Assembly: GCF_009914755.1 (NCBI RefSeq)
Contig: NC_060925.1
Strand: one strand, 5' to 3'
Source of the DNA: the human T2T-CHM13v2.0 reference genome, Homo sapiens
Length of the DNA: 64,000 nt
The notes under the pieces are model-generated. The model made no database searches and was not told the DNA's origin. It saw only the letters and a list, made by a program, of their open reading frames with translations. Below, piece by piece: positions 14,548 to 27,162 of the stretch. Each line of letters starts with the position of its first letter. The first letter of the stretch is position 1. A program made the translations under genes and the position numbers.

Positions 14548-15292
14548 CAAATTTGCTTTTGAGGGCTCATGACTGCCACACGGGGCCCATCCCTGCAGAA
14601 CATGTTCACTGCCTAAGCTGTCATGGGTTGGCAATGACTGCATCAGGTCCAAGGCTTCTTTTTGTCTCCATGAAGTTCTTTTCCAAAGTCTTATTGGACC
14701 AGTGACAGTCTGCCCCATTTCAAGAGATTTCTAGGAATGAAGGCTCCTGAATCCTGTCTTTTCTACATTTCCTGTGTTGGGCAAAGACTTTATTAAGATG
14801 CTCCCATCCTGCATCCTTGTACCTGTGGATCAAGCTCAGGATCAGGGGCTTCTGAGAGTATCAGAGCTCAGACATTTGGGATAACGACTGTGTTCCAGGC
14901 ACCCTGTATTTAGAAATCTGACAAAGAGTGATGATATGAGCTGTGGAGAGCTGGTTCCTTGGGTTGCCACAGAAACCAAATCGAGCTGAATTTAGCATTA
15001 AATTACAGGGTACTCACAGAGATGGAGTCAAACATTTGTCTACTACTGCTTTTTTCTTTTCTTTTCAAATTGAACCTTCCTGGCAAGTGGCAAAACACCT
15101 GTTAAGTTAAATGGGGGCAGCAGGTTGTGCTGTGCTAAAGGTGTGGGTGTTCTGGAAGCTTGATAAGTGGCAGGGACTTAGCTTTTCACCCAAAGCAGGA
15201 TTGTTGCCCAAGCATCTCCCTCCAGGTCTAGGCTCCTTCTGAGGAAGGAGTACCTCGAGAGGATAGCACAGATAATTGAACAGAGTCTGGAG

Positions 15293-15613
15293 CTATGGGT
15301 TCCAATACAGTTGTCACTAGCCACTTGTGGCCACTGAACACTTGCATTGTGACTAGTTCACACTGGGATGTGCTGTGAACATGAAACACAGGCCAGATGT
15401 CAAAGACCTTGCATGACAAGAACAATGTAAAGTGTCCATTAATTTACAAATATTGATTGCATGTTGAAATGATAACAGTTTGGATATATTGGGATAAATA
15501 TGATTTGGTATTGAAATGAATTCCTCCTGTTTTTTTAATTATTTGTAATATTGTTACTAGAAAATTTAGCATTATATTTGTGACTCACATTGTATTCCTA
15601 TTGGACAGTCCTG
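15293..15613 (-). mobile_element. MER33 hAT-Charlie element
   Basis: 'tccaatac...cactagccacttgtggccactgaacacttg' through 'ctattggacag'; degenerate terminal inverted repeats. Confidence 0.78.
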
Positions 15614-15629
15614 GTTCAGACACTGTTGT

Positions 15630-15790
15630 TCTGAGGCTGGATTGATTTTCCATGAACTGAAGAAGTTGTTTAACCTTGTGATACTTCAGATTCTTGATCT
15701 GCAAGATGGCAGTATTAATGCCATCCCTAGCTTCTTCATAGACTTGTGTTGGAGATTCGATGCTGATGTGGGCTCTGTAATGCACTTTCC
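15630..15790 (+). mobile_element. MIR fragment
   Basis: 'aagttgtttaaccttgtgatacttcagattcttgatctgcaagatgg'. Confidence 0.6.
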
Positions 15791-15794
15791 TAAT

Positions 15795-17740
15795 TTCCCT
15801 TTTAAGGACGAGGTACTCACTCCCCCAGCTGTCAAAGTGTTGGCTGCTGAGGACTCAGCCAAGTCCCTCTTCAGGCATTTACTGTGGCTGAAGAGAGCCA
15901 CCCATGATGAGCTGGGCTCTTTTAGGTGAGTCTCTAAGATGCAAGTGGTTCATTCAGTATGAAGTACAAGCAGAGCCAGAGATCACCAGGAGCTATATGA
16001 GCAGGTGGCTCAGACCCCCACATCACCACTATTGTTTCCTCTCCCTCAGCAAGTACCCATGCCTATGGCTGCAGTGGAGGCTCCCTGATGAACAGCTGAG
16101 AGAGGAGAAAAAAGGTCAAGATGGATCACAGATGGGTTGGCTTTGTATGTGGGTTCCAGTTTCAAAATGGACTGCTATGAACTAAAGTTCCACTTGAGGG
16201 TGTCCCTGAAAGAGAGAGATGAGAGGAAATTCTCTCAATATGCAGAGCTTTGGAAGGTAGACCTAGTCATTCTTCTGTATGGAAAGAGAAGTGGATTAAA
16301 GTACAAATATATATTGGCTCATGAGGAACAGTGAATGGCTTGGCTGGTTGGTCAGGGGCCTGGAAAGAAAAAGATCAAATGGCCGGTGTCAGGGGCTGGG
16401 GAAGAGCATGGGGATGGGCAATGGGAGTGAGAACAAAGCACTGGAGTCTATGTATTGCATGTTAATGCCACCTGACAGCAGCTATTGTGGAAGAGGCACC
16501 AGATAACCACATAGACCGAATGACTTTGCCAGTTGACATCAGCCAGTCTTAGTCTTCAGCCATTCCAGTGTCTGAGCAATGGGTATGAAGGTAGAACAGC
16601 CATGGTATTAAGGATTCAGGTGACAATGTGGTATACCCTGTAAATCAACCACCACTGTAGGGGGCTGTGCTGCAAAGGGTGGAATTAATGGGTCCTGGAA
16701 TTGAGGGGTGAATGTGGGAGTGGCCCTGCTTACCATCCCTCCCAGTGACTCACGGTGGATCCTGTTGCTCTCCATCCCCCCAGCAGACTCTGTGGGTCTA
16801 GAGGTGCTGGTTTCCAGAGGGAGAAGGCTTCCATCCAGGTATATGATAAGGGCCCATTATACTTTAAGCTGTCATTGCCATCTGTCTCTTCTAGCTCCTT
16901 GTACCAAGATATTCAGCAGGCAGGGAAAGGAATCTCCAAACCAGCAGGAGCCATTGGCCCTGATATCAGCAGGATATCAGTGCTGCTGTTATTTAAAGAG
17001 GGCGGGAGATAACCTGTTTGGCATTCAGGGGCTACATTGGGGTGTCTCTTGATACTCCCCTGCCCAATTTGAGGTAAATGTACAAATGTAGCAGCTACGG
17101 CCAGAGAACAGTGTGGTGACCAGGGGCTCAGTGTCCTCAGTGATGAGGGCTCGAGTCACCCCACCAGACATGTAGGCCAGCAGAAGCGTGGGCCAAGGGT
17201 GAGAGGACTCTGGAAAGGATAGTAGAGGAGGGGCAGCGTAAGACTCAGTGGCAGCCTCAAGATCAGAGCAGTAATGGCGATTGGTCCTATTAGTATCCCA
17301 CTGAGAATTTCCCCAGGTGAAGAGAGCAGCCAGAATAACAGTGAAGTTGCTCCCAGAAAGGGCACACTTGGGCTGTGAAGCAAGTGAACTGGTGGTGCAA
17401 AGGGTGTGCTGTCCAGATTTCCCACACAGAACCGAGCTACTTGTCCCCTGACTGCTGGGAGTATTGATGGATGGCCAACGGCTCTCTTCTGAGTCCGTCT
17501 ATAAAGATTACCCACAGTGGTTGGTGTGGAATACAAAGGCCTGGTTCCTTTGTCTTGATTCAGGACAACCTTGTGGCACATCCCAGCTCCCGGGCTTCCT
17601 GTAGGATTCATCTTCTCCTTCTGCCCAATCTTACTCCTCTCACTCCCTTAAAGATGTTATTTCTGAGAGTACTCCCCAGTAAACATCCTGCATACAAATC
17701 TCTGTCTCAGAATACGTTTCCTCGACCACCTAACCCAAGA
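15795..17740 (+). mobile_element. Deleted ERVL-class provirus: partial 5' LTR16 (~15795-15905), internal pol relics, 3' LTR16 (~17400-17740)
   Basis: LTR16-like 'actcactcccccagctgtc..agtgttggctgctga' recurs in degenerate form at ~17430. Internal translation gives RNase H-like KFSQYAEL and NGLAGWSG, and dUTPase-like GLEVLV / QQAGKGISKPAGAIGPD. Confidence 0.75.
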
Positions 17741-18254
17741 ATGATGTCCCAGTCACTGTATGGTGCAAAGCATGCTGAACTCGGCCTTGGAAGCTCTAGG
17801 TTCTGGTCAGGGCTCTGCCCTTTCATGGGTTGTCTGGCTGGCCCAGGTTCCCCATGTATGAGTTGGGGACAGCAAGGAAGGAGTTTGGACCAGGTGATCG
17901 AAGATCCCTTCCAGCTGTGACTTTTCATATGTGTGAAATGGACAGGGAAGGATGAGTTACATGAAAAGCTGGAATGATCTTTGCGAACCCTTCAGATGTC
18001 CTCTACATGTACAGAAACTAAGCATCGCAAGGGTGATGTGATTTTTTTCATGGCTTCCCTGCTAGAAAGCAGCAGAGCTGAGATTTGGACCCAGACTTCA
18101 GTCTGCCACGTTGTCTGGGTATATCCCCTTCACCATCTCTGAATCTGTAACATCACTGATTAGGGGCAAGGTGCAACAGTGGGTAGGACAGAATTTGAAG
18201 GTTGTTTAGAAGGTTCTGGTCAACCAGCTGCCCCTGCTGCATGTCTCTGGATTC

Positions 18255-18335
18255 TGTTACCCAGCAGGCAAGGCAAGCAGTCACTACACTGGCAGGGGTC
18301 ATTCACCCTGAAAACAAGGAGGAAATTCTGCTATT
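18255..18335 (+). mobile_element. Isolated ERVL-internal (dUTPase-like) fragment
   Basis: Translates QQARQAVTTLAGVIHPENKEEILL, resembling ERVL QQAKKGVTVLAGVIDPDY.EI.LLL. Confidence 0.55.
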
Positions 18336-18379
18336 TACTTACCTCAGATTGCTAGGATGTTATAGCCTTTGTCCTAGGA

Positions 18380-18705
18380 CAGTGTTTCTCAAACTTCAAC
18401 ATGCAAATGAATAGCTGGGATCTTGTGAAAATATAGATTCTGATTCAGGAGGTTTGGGGTAGGGCCAGAGAGCTTGTATTTCTAACATGCTTCTAGGTAT
18501 GGGTGCGGCTGGTCCTTTGACCACATTTTGAGTAGCCAGGGGCTAGAGTGCAGCTCGCAAACTCTGGGTGCCTCAGAAACCCCTGGGAACCTCTTAAAAC
18601 TACTCATCATCATAGATTCAAATTCAATAGTATAGGATGAGCATCTCTAATTTTAACACACTCTCTAAGTAATTAAGGTAACTGCCAACACTTGACAACT
18701 ATGGT
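18380..18705. mobile_element. Tandem MER5A1- and MER5B-type hAT-Charlie elements
   Basis: 'cagtgtttctcaaactt...gaccacattttgagtagccagg' then a second MER5-like unit; ctag/ctatag target-like junctions. Confidence 0.68.
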
Positions 18706-20269
18706 TCTATAGCAGTGACCTTCACAGTTGCAGCCAACACTTGTGTTCCTGAATAAGCTGAACAGGTATCACACTACTGCTGCATGAGGAAGGAGACACA
18801 ACTCTAGCCTGAATCACTGGGGACACAGGTGCTGAAATACACTGAGTGTTCAACATGGGCTAGGCACAGATGACCACAGAAAAAACCCCTGGGACTTGCC
18901 AAAATTACCCTAAGAGGGTTATAGTTTTATGAAAACAATCAAAATACAGAAATAAAATTTGTGATTACTTATAAAACTTATTTCCAAGGTAGTTGTAACC
19001 TGCATAACAAGGAGCTTTATGTCTATCTCAAGGTTGATGGGCAGTCGATGGGTTACTTGTGAGTTACACGTGAGGCCATTTCATGGTTTTTGCAACTCTG
19101 GCAAAATTGAGATTGAGATTGTAGACTTGGGATGCAGGAGCTGAGGGTCCTGCTTAAAAACACATTGCTTCATTCCCTGAGCTTCATTCTAGGGCTTGTC
19201 CAAGATGCCAATCTAGTTGGCATCAGCATTTTATACATGGCTTTCTTAGCCCATTTAGGGTGTGAATGGGTTCTTCGGTGACATTGGGTGGAGAAAAATA
19301 GACCTACCTTCCCTAACTGTCTCCAGGTGGCTCACCTGCTAACCTGCTTCTCAGAAAGACCCCCTTTTTCACCTCCCTGCTCACTACCAGCTGCCTGGCG
19401 AATGGACGTCCTCAATGCTTGGTAAGGGAGAAGGTTCTGCTGCCTCAGCACAGGGTGGGTTGGGCATGAGAGTGAGTAATGGAATGTCCCCAAGAAATCC
19501 ACCCTCCCTGCCAAATGTGCGTGCCAACTTACACCTACGGAGAGTCTGGTTGCCTTTGCTTGTTCATCAGAAGAAAATAAGATGAACCCTGAAGGGAGAT
19601 GCTGTTGGCAGGACAACCACCATGGCAGGCGTGGACTTCCCACAGGGCCTCTCAGTGCTAGGGGCTGGGGAGAGCAGTGCTGTCCTCAGGCAACCGACCT
19701 AGGACCTGCTACAGAAAGCCTCCTCTACTTGCTGGATTTACAACCCCAAGCAATTACTGCAAGTTGGGATAGCACAGGAGTGCAAGAGGCCTTCAGCACA
19801 GGCAGCCTGCAAGGAGAATGGAAGGCAAAGGGGTGGATTAATGGAGCCGAAGTCAGCCAGGACAGCAGGACTGGCCCCGTTCTCTAATGAGAGAGGTGGC
19901 CCAGATGCCTGTGGACAAAGCTCCGTGGATGGGACCTGGAAGCAGAATGGAAGGCCTGGGTTTTGCTTTATGGCCACCTTTTTTTTGAAGTGAAATGATG
20001 AGATCTCTGGACTCTTCTCTTTCTCTCCCCCCGCATCTTTTCAAGGCATCTTTCCTCCTGGTACTCACTGGCACATCCCCCACAGTATTACTCCTTATAC
20101 TTCAGCTGAGCCCCTGCTACTTTCCTTGAAGATTTTTGTCCTTTATGTTCTATTCTCTTGTCATCAGGTTTGTTTTATGAAATAAATTACCTAATGAATT
20201 AAATAACCATCGACCATGGACTTAATTTTTGCTGTATACCACTCTGGGGATTAAATGACCTCATTTAAT

Positions 20270-20440
20270 CCTCAAATAAGGATTTTCCTATGAGTAAACA
20301 CTTTTATTCTGGCCATTTTACAGATGAGGAGGATGAGGCAGACTGGTTATGTGACGGTCTGTGGCTGTGGAGCCTCCTCTGGTGGAAATCGTGGCACTGG
20401 TTTTCCTGTCCTTAGGCTGTAAAGTTGCAGCTCCACTCTC
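20270..20440 (-). mobile_element. MIR fragment
   Basis: 'tcatttaatcctca...ccattttacagatgagga'. Confidence 0.65.
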
Positions 20441-21454
20441 AAGTTTCTTTTTTTGGGGGTGGGATGAGAGCAAAGATAAGTAGAGTTCACAATTGAGTAT
20501 TTTCTTTTGTTTCAGGAGATAATCATTCAGAAAAATCTCAGGAAACTTTGTCAATTGCAAAAACTGTTGTATTTGTTATCTCATCTGTTTGCTGGTAGTG
20601 ATTAGAAATAAAACTTTTGAAATATTAAGGGCTGATGTAATTTTTTTGGGGGGGTGGTGAACAGGAAAGAAGATACTAAGCGAGAAACCAGAGAGCTTGT
20701 GTCCTTTTCAGTCATTCTTGGGGAAACAGGACCCCTAAGAGAGCAGTAGATGATGACAGCTTTAAAAAGACCAGGAGAGTGGATTTGATTTCTGAGGCCC
20801 TTGAGAAGAAATAGGGCATGGGGAGCTAAGTCCCCAGATGCTTAACTAGCAGGAAGTCCTCCAAAAGGCTGCAAGAATTAATCAGGTATTGGCCTCCTTT
20901 CAAGAGACTTGGGTTCTAATAGGGGAGCTAACATTTGAACATATACAGCTATACTACAAAGGATAATGTGGAAGAGAGAGGGGACTGTAGCTGGGATCAT
21001 AGTGGGTGAGATCAGCAAAGCAGTAGTGAAGAAAACTCTGTTGCAAAATTTCTACTGCGGGCAAAGAGAAAGAAATCTGAAATGCATAAATTCGATCCAG
21101 CCTTTACTTGGCGTGGGAGAAGTCTGTGTTGGGTCTAGAACGGGGCCGCTGTGTGACCTTGAGCATGTCTCTTTACATTCAGATCCTCAGCTGAACGACA
21201 AGCCTCTAAGGCTTCCATCTGTTCTAAGCTGGAGGGGAGAAATGAAACTGTAAGAAAGGAGAAGGATGCGTGCTGCAGGGCTTGTCCAGGGTTTTCCTGG
21301 GAGAGTCACTGGTTCACAGTGTGACATGGGGTATCGGTACGAATTTCATAGGTGCCATTTTCTCCCCTCGCTGTGGAGAGCGGATCTCTTTAGGCACTGA
21401 GCCGCTTAGAACATCACTGCGGTTTTCAAAGAAATATGGTCTTGCAGTCCAGAG

Positions 21455-21469
21455 ACAGGAGGTGGCGCT
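21455..21469 (+). promoter_or_regulatory. Candidate CTCF core motif
   Basis: acaggaggtggcgct, 13/15 to ccagcaggtggcgct, within a CpG-retaining patch. Confidence 0.4.
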
Positions 21470-22109
21470 CTTTCTCCTGAAACAGATTGATGTCTGCAGC
21501 TTGGCTTGCAGACTGTGCGGGGGATGCAAACTGAATAAGATCTCTGCAGTCTGAAGGCATCCAAGGAGACCTGGGCAAAATGGCTGGTCAGGACTGCCTG
21601 CCAAGTATAACTATTCCCTCACTTGAATGCGCCCTAGAGGCGCCAGCTGTGCTTGGGCTGCAGCACCGACCAAGGTGAACACACACAGCCTCCTTTCCAC
21701 AATTTTACCGTTAAGTTGCTGCATTTGCAAAGGAAAATCTTCATTGTCACAAATGATGACTGTATCTGTCTGGGCTTTAGATTGTGATAGGGAAGAGCCT
21801 CTCCATCTCTTTTGTATGATAAGTATACTTATCACTTATTACATGGGAAGGTGAGCGGTCCAGGGTCCTCCCTGCCATTTTAGGTGAGACAGCATCCCAG
21901 GAGAATGAAGAAAAAAAAAAAAAGGAAAAAAAAAAAGCAGGATCTGGGAGAATGTCTTACCTGGAGGACCTGGCTTTTACCTGGGAGATGTTGCAACTTC
22001 TCAGTGAGGAAAAACCTGACATTAGCTCTCCTTTGAAGACATTAAAGAAAAGCAAAAACAAAACAAAACAAAAACAAACGAACAAACAAGAAAACAAAAC
22101 CAAACAATT

Positions 22110-22215
22110 TCATAATGAAGTGAAAAGATCACTGGATTGGAATTCAGGAGTCTAGTAAGGCCACTTACTGGCTGTGAGACTTAGTCAGGTCACTTACCTC
22201 TGGTCCTCAGTCTCA
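22110..22215 (+). mobile_element. MIR fragment
   Basis: 'gccacttactggctgtgagacttagtcaggtcacttacctctggtcctcagt'. Confidence 0.7.
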
Positions 22216-22262
22216 CTTTGATTTTCAGTAGTTATTGATTACTACTGAAAATCAAAGTGAGA
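22211..22262. repeat. Perfect 22-bp inverted repeat with an 8-nt loop
   Basis: tctcactttgattttcagtagt-[tattgatt]-actactgaaaatcaaagtgaga. Confidence 0.97.
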
Positions 22263-22326
22263 AAATTACTACTATTGATTCAGTAGTTATTGATTAATAT
22301 CTCTTCCAGCACCACATTACATAGCA

Positions 22327-22332
<6 letters not shown>

Positions 22333-22378
<46 letters not shown>

Positions 22379-22398
22379 TGAAGAGAGAGAGAAGAGAG
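22333..22398 (+). repeat. Compound (TG)n(GA)n microsatellite
   Basis: Seen directly. Confidence 0.96.
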
Positions 22399-25300
22399 GC
22401 AGGCTATCAAATAGAATAGCTTTTGGGGGGAAATTTGTATAAGGCAAGACAGAAACATACATTATTGGGGACTGAGGAAAGCCTTTCACTTTAATTTCCA
22501 TTTCAATCATTGAAGCTCATAGTGACCATGCCCAGTGAAAAAGCCATGCCATTTTCTTCTTCTGGGAACTGAGATAGATCCCTCAGAAGTATCACAATCA
22601 ATATATACATATGTACCTATGATCTCCATTCAGTTGCTAGAACGGCTGTGTGCCTTCCATCGAAGCCTCTCTTCTGGCTTCTGAGGTGGGGGGCAACTTC
22701 AACAAATCAGGTTCCAATGGGGAGAGAGAGGGAGCTCTTCCTTTGCTCCTGGGGCACTGGAAGCATGTGGTAGAGGTGAGGAGGGAGGAATCATGGTGGG
22801 GGCAGGAGGTGGTGTTCCAGGGACATGGGAGGAAACTGCAGTATTGCACTCCTACTTGATGGGCTTGGCCATTCATCAGCCATCACCAGCTGTCAACATG
22901 AACTGAGAACCTCCTGTGTGCAGGCTAGGCACTGGGGATGCCTCTGGAACCCCACGCAGTCTTTGCTGTCAAGGAGCTCACTGTCTCATCAAAAGAGAAT
23001 AGATAGAGTCTGTTTTCCCTTTAGCCTGAACAAGCACATTTAGGCCCTAAGGGCTCAGAGGGCTCTCCTTCCCAATCTTCCTACCCCCTTGCCCAAGGTT
23101 TGGCTAGACACAGTCAGTAATAAAAAGGATGCTTTTCAGACCAATGGATGCAGCTTTGCATGTGCTTTGCCCAGTATGCAGATGGCTGCCAGGCCGCCCT
23201 ATTGAAGATTCTGTTTGCGGGAATGTGCTCTGATTCCTTAACTGTAGGCTTTGGGGACCAGAAGTGGCCAGGGGCTTAAAGGCAGCTGAAGTGAAGCAGC
23301 TCTTCTGCACACTCATCAGCATCAGGCTTCAAGCTGCAGTGAGGCATGGACCTGAGATAACTGCAGTGCCCCAGGTGGGATGCTGCAGTGTCCTTGGGAA
23401 TACCCGTGGCTGCTGCAGGACACACTGAGCACAGTGGGCCACGGTTGGGTCTGAGCTGCCAGCTGCAGGGTGAGCTGCTGACTCACTGCTGCAGCCATGA
23501 GACCTTTAGCCACTGGAACAGCACGGGGAATTCTTTCTTACTTTAAAGGAGTATGTGATGGAGAGGAGGTCAATGGGATGATAAGTCAAAGTGTGAGCCT
23601 AAAAAGCAGCTATAAAAATTTTCATAGAATTCTTGGGCAGAAATGTTTTTATCAGCCTTGGAAGAATGCAGTCATATTGGGGAAGTTATTCAGTCAGTTG
23701 GTCAGCATGTATTAAACACCCATCGTGTGCCTAGCGTTTATTGTGTGCTTAGATTATAAGGGGTAAATGAGGAGTAGAAGATGTTCCTTGCCCCACTTGG
23801 GGATTATGATAAGACTGGCACTTAGAGAGCCTTATTCTGTGCCAGACACAGCATTTGACGTGCGCTAGTTTATGTAATCTCACAGTAACACCATAAAAAT
23901 TATAGGTATTTTAATTTATTCTACTGTAAGTTGAGAAGTTAGGATTTGAACCATGTCAGTTCAAAGTCAGAGCTCTTTACCACCATGCAATTATGTTGTT
24001 CGAGAAGTGCACACAACTGGAGAACAATACAGGGGGATTCATGGTTAAGTGCTAAATCATATTTATAATACAAGCATTTATGATGAGTCCAGAATAAATC
24101 CCTATCAATCTGCAACCCTGGGTCAGCTGAAGTGTGTAGATTTGCTTATGTTTAAGCAAATATTGAGCCTGCAGAGCGAGTTTTTGAGAAGGTGGAGGGT
24201 CAGAATGAGCACTCGTAAGGTCAGGGAGTGGCAGCTGTGGGTACCATCAAAGGGATAGCATCAGGTGACCTGCTGTGAGTCTCAGGCCACTGCGTGCCCA
24301 GAATGGTCCTAATTGTTGGGGAAAACACAGAAAGATAATTACACATATTTTTGCCCTTTGAGAATTCAGTCTGGTTGGATTTACCTGATCAATTAATCAA
24401 CTTAGGAACTATTAGCAAAATAAGAGGAGAATGAGGTTCATAAGGAGTTGAAGAGGGCCCATGACCATCCCATTCAGTCTTTAGTGGGTCAATATTTGTG
24501 TTAGCAAGGAGACCATGAGCCTTTTAACAGATGATACTGACAAAGACTCAAAAGCTCTTAAATGTTCCTGTGGAGATACTGACTATACATCTGTGGCAGA
24601 GCTGACCAGAGCTACCTAAGCCCTCTGGTTTCAAGGATGAGAGATAATCCTGGGCAGCTGTCAGAGAAAAATCTCTCATGAAACTGATGAAATGCCTTTG
24701 TCTTTTGGCTGGTAGAGCTGATTTTTCCCGGGACACAAATGTGCCAACTCTCTGACCCAAAGCCCAGTGTCTCATACACTTCTCGGGCACTCATTTGGGC
24801 TCATGGATTTAGGTTACAGTATCTCCTTGTCTCTCTTTCTCTAGTATTTAGCTAAGGTAGTGACTGATACTATTGACCTGATCCTACTTCTGCTTTGCCC
24901 ATAGTTATTAATTTTTTTTGATCCCTTTCAGGGACTCTATAGACTTTAGCTGGCTGGCTGAGTTCTGATGGGGGTTTTAGAAGCTTAAACATTGTGAGGA
25001 AGATGAAGAAATGAATAAGATCAGGTAAAGATACCTTCCTGGACAATATCCTTTGGCGGAATGCCAGAAAAGTAACAGATGAGTTCAGGAAGACTTCAAG
25101 GGCAGCATCTGAGACCCAGACCAAATCAGGGTCCCGGAAACCATGGAGAAAGCAATTTCCGTGACAGCCAAGCAGAAGGAAACTTATCAGCTCATACCTG
25201 AAAGAAGTTGCTCTGGCACTGTTTTATGGGAATGGAATTATTAAGAAGGTGGGGATGGGTGGTTATGGGCAATGAAGAATAGATCAAGCAAAAAAATTTG

Positions 25301-25752
25301 AGTTGAGGCAGGGATAACCAGAGAAGACTGATAACCATGTTGACTAGTCCCAAGCTAAAGAGAATGCTGAGGCTTAAATTACAATGATCAAGTTATGTTT
25401 CTTCTATTGAAAGGTCTCTATTCAGAGAAAATAAAGTTGTTTTTGAACTGGTAGTACCTGGCTGTACCTGTTCTGTACTGAAAGAGACCGAGCAAAGTGG
25501 ATTAACACAGAAGAATAAAGGGGAGAAGCCAGGGCCCAATAACCTGTTATTTCAAAGTAAAACCACCGCCTTTGCGTGGTGGTGATGTAGGATTCTTTCT
25601 GTGTGGTTAGACTCACTGAGCAGCTTTCTCTTTGGGGCTCTCCTAGGCCTATTTCCTGGTGCAACCAGTGACTGAGTGAGACCCATATTCCGTGGTAGCT
25701 AAGAATTGGCTCTGGGCATGGGCTGGAAATAGAGATACTTAGAAAATTGTTA

Positions 25753-26124
<372 letters not shown>

Positions 26125-26710
26125 TCATCTCTTTATCCTCGGCACCTAAGAAAGTTCCCAACACATCATAGTAAGCCAGTTATATATGTTTATTGAGCCA
26201 TTTTAAATGATTTGTGCTTTGGGATTGGCTATGTGGAAGATAAAAGATCTAAAAGACAGTGTCCTGTTTCTGTTGCCTCAGAAGTATTTCTCAGATAATA
26301 AAATATTGGCAGATTTCTGATGATTCTCAAGAAAACTGGGAAATAGAGCTGAAAAACATGGAGGATAATAAGTTATCCCAGGAATAGAAGAAAAGAAAGT
26401 CCCTTCAAGAGAACTTATTGAGGTTTTGGTTTCTCCAAGGATAGTGTGGTATAAGGAGGCAAATTGTTGGAGCAATGTTTGCAGGAAATGTTTTCTCAAC
26501 ATATGAGGTGTTTGTCAGGTGGATGAGGACAGTGTGTGCAGGACGGATGTGGTACAAAAAAGCCCAGCCAGTGAACTTCCTGGGGTGGCTGTTGGTGGGT
26601 TGGTTGGGAGTTGGTGTAGCTGGGGCACAGGTGAAAGGTGGAGATGAGACTAAAAGGGCTACAGCTGTGGGTAGTATGATTCCATTTTCCTTCTAGAAAG
26701 ATGACCCTGG

Positions 26711-26996
26711 TGGGGTGGCTCACGCCTGTAATCCCAGCACTTTGAGAGGCTGAGGCAGGCGGATCAGGAGGTCAAGAGAACTAGACCATCCTGGCCAACA
26801 TGGTGAAACCCCGTCTCTACTAAAAATAGAAAAATTAGCTAGGCGTGGTGGCATGCGCCTGTAGTCCCAGCTACTTAGGAGGCTGAGGCAGGAGAATCAC
26901 TTGAACCCAGGAGGTGGAGGTTGCAATGAGCCTAGATAGTGCCATTGCACTCCAGCTGGGGTGACAGAGTGAGACTCCGTCTCAAAAAAAAGAAAA
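26711..26996 (+). mobile_element. AluSc-like element
   Basis: 'gaggtcaagagaactagaccatcctggccaacatgg' Sc-type positions; short A tail. Confidence 0.93.
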
Positions 26997-27007
26997 TACC
27001 AGAAGGA

Positions 27008-27162
27008 GGCCAGGCGTGGTGGCTCACATGGCTCACATCGGTAGGCAGAGGTTGCAGTGAGCCGAGATCGCACCACTGCACTCCAGCCTGGGCGACAGAG
27101 CGAGACTCCATCTCCAAACAAACAAACAAACAAACAAAAAAACAAAAAAAAAAAAAGAAGAA
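27008..27162 (+). mobile_element. Internally deleted Alu (5' ~20 bp joined to right-arm 3' end)
   Basis: 'ggccaggcgtggtggctcacatggctcacatcggtaggcagaggttgcagtgagcc' then (CAAA)n/A tail. Confidence 0.9.

Noticed and set aside
20495-20520. Strong splice-acceptor-like ttttcttttgtttcag
   Set aside because: No supportable partner donor or coding frame; such motifs are common. A lncRNA exon cannot be excluded without transcript data
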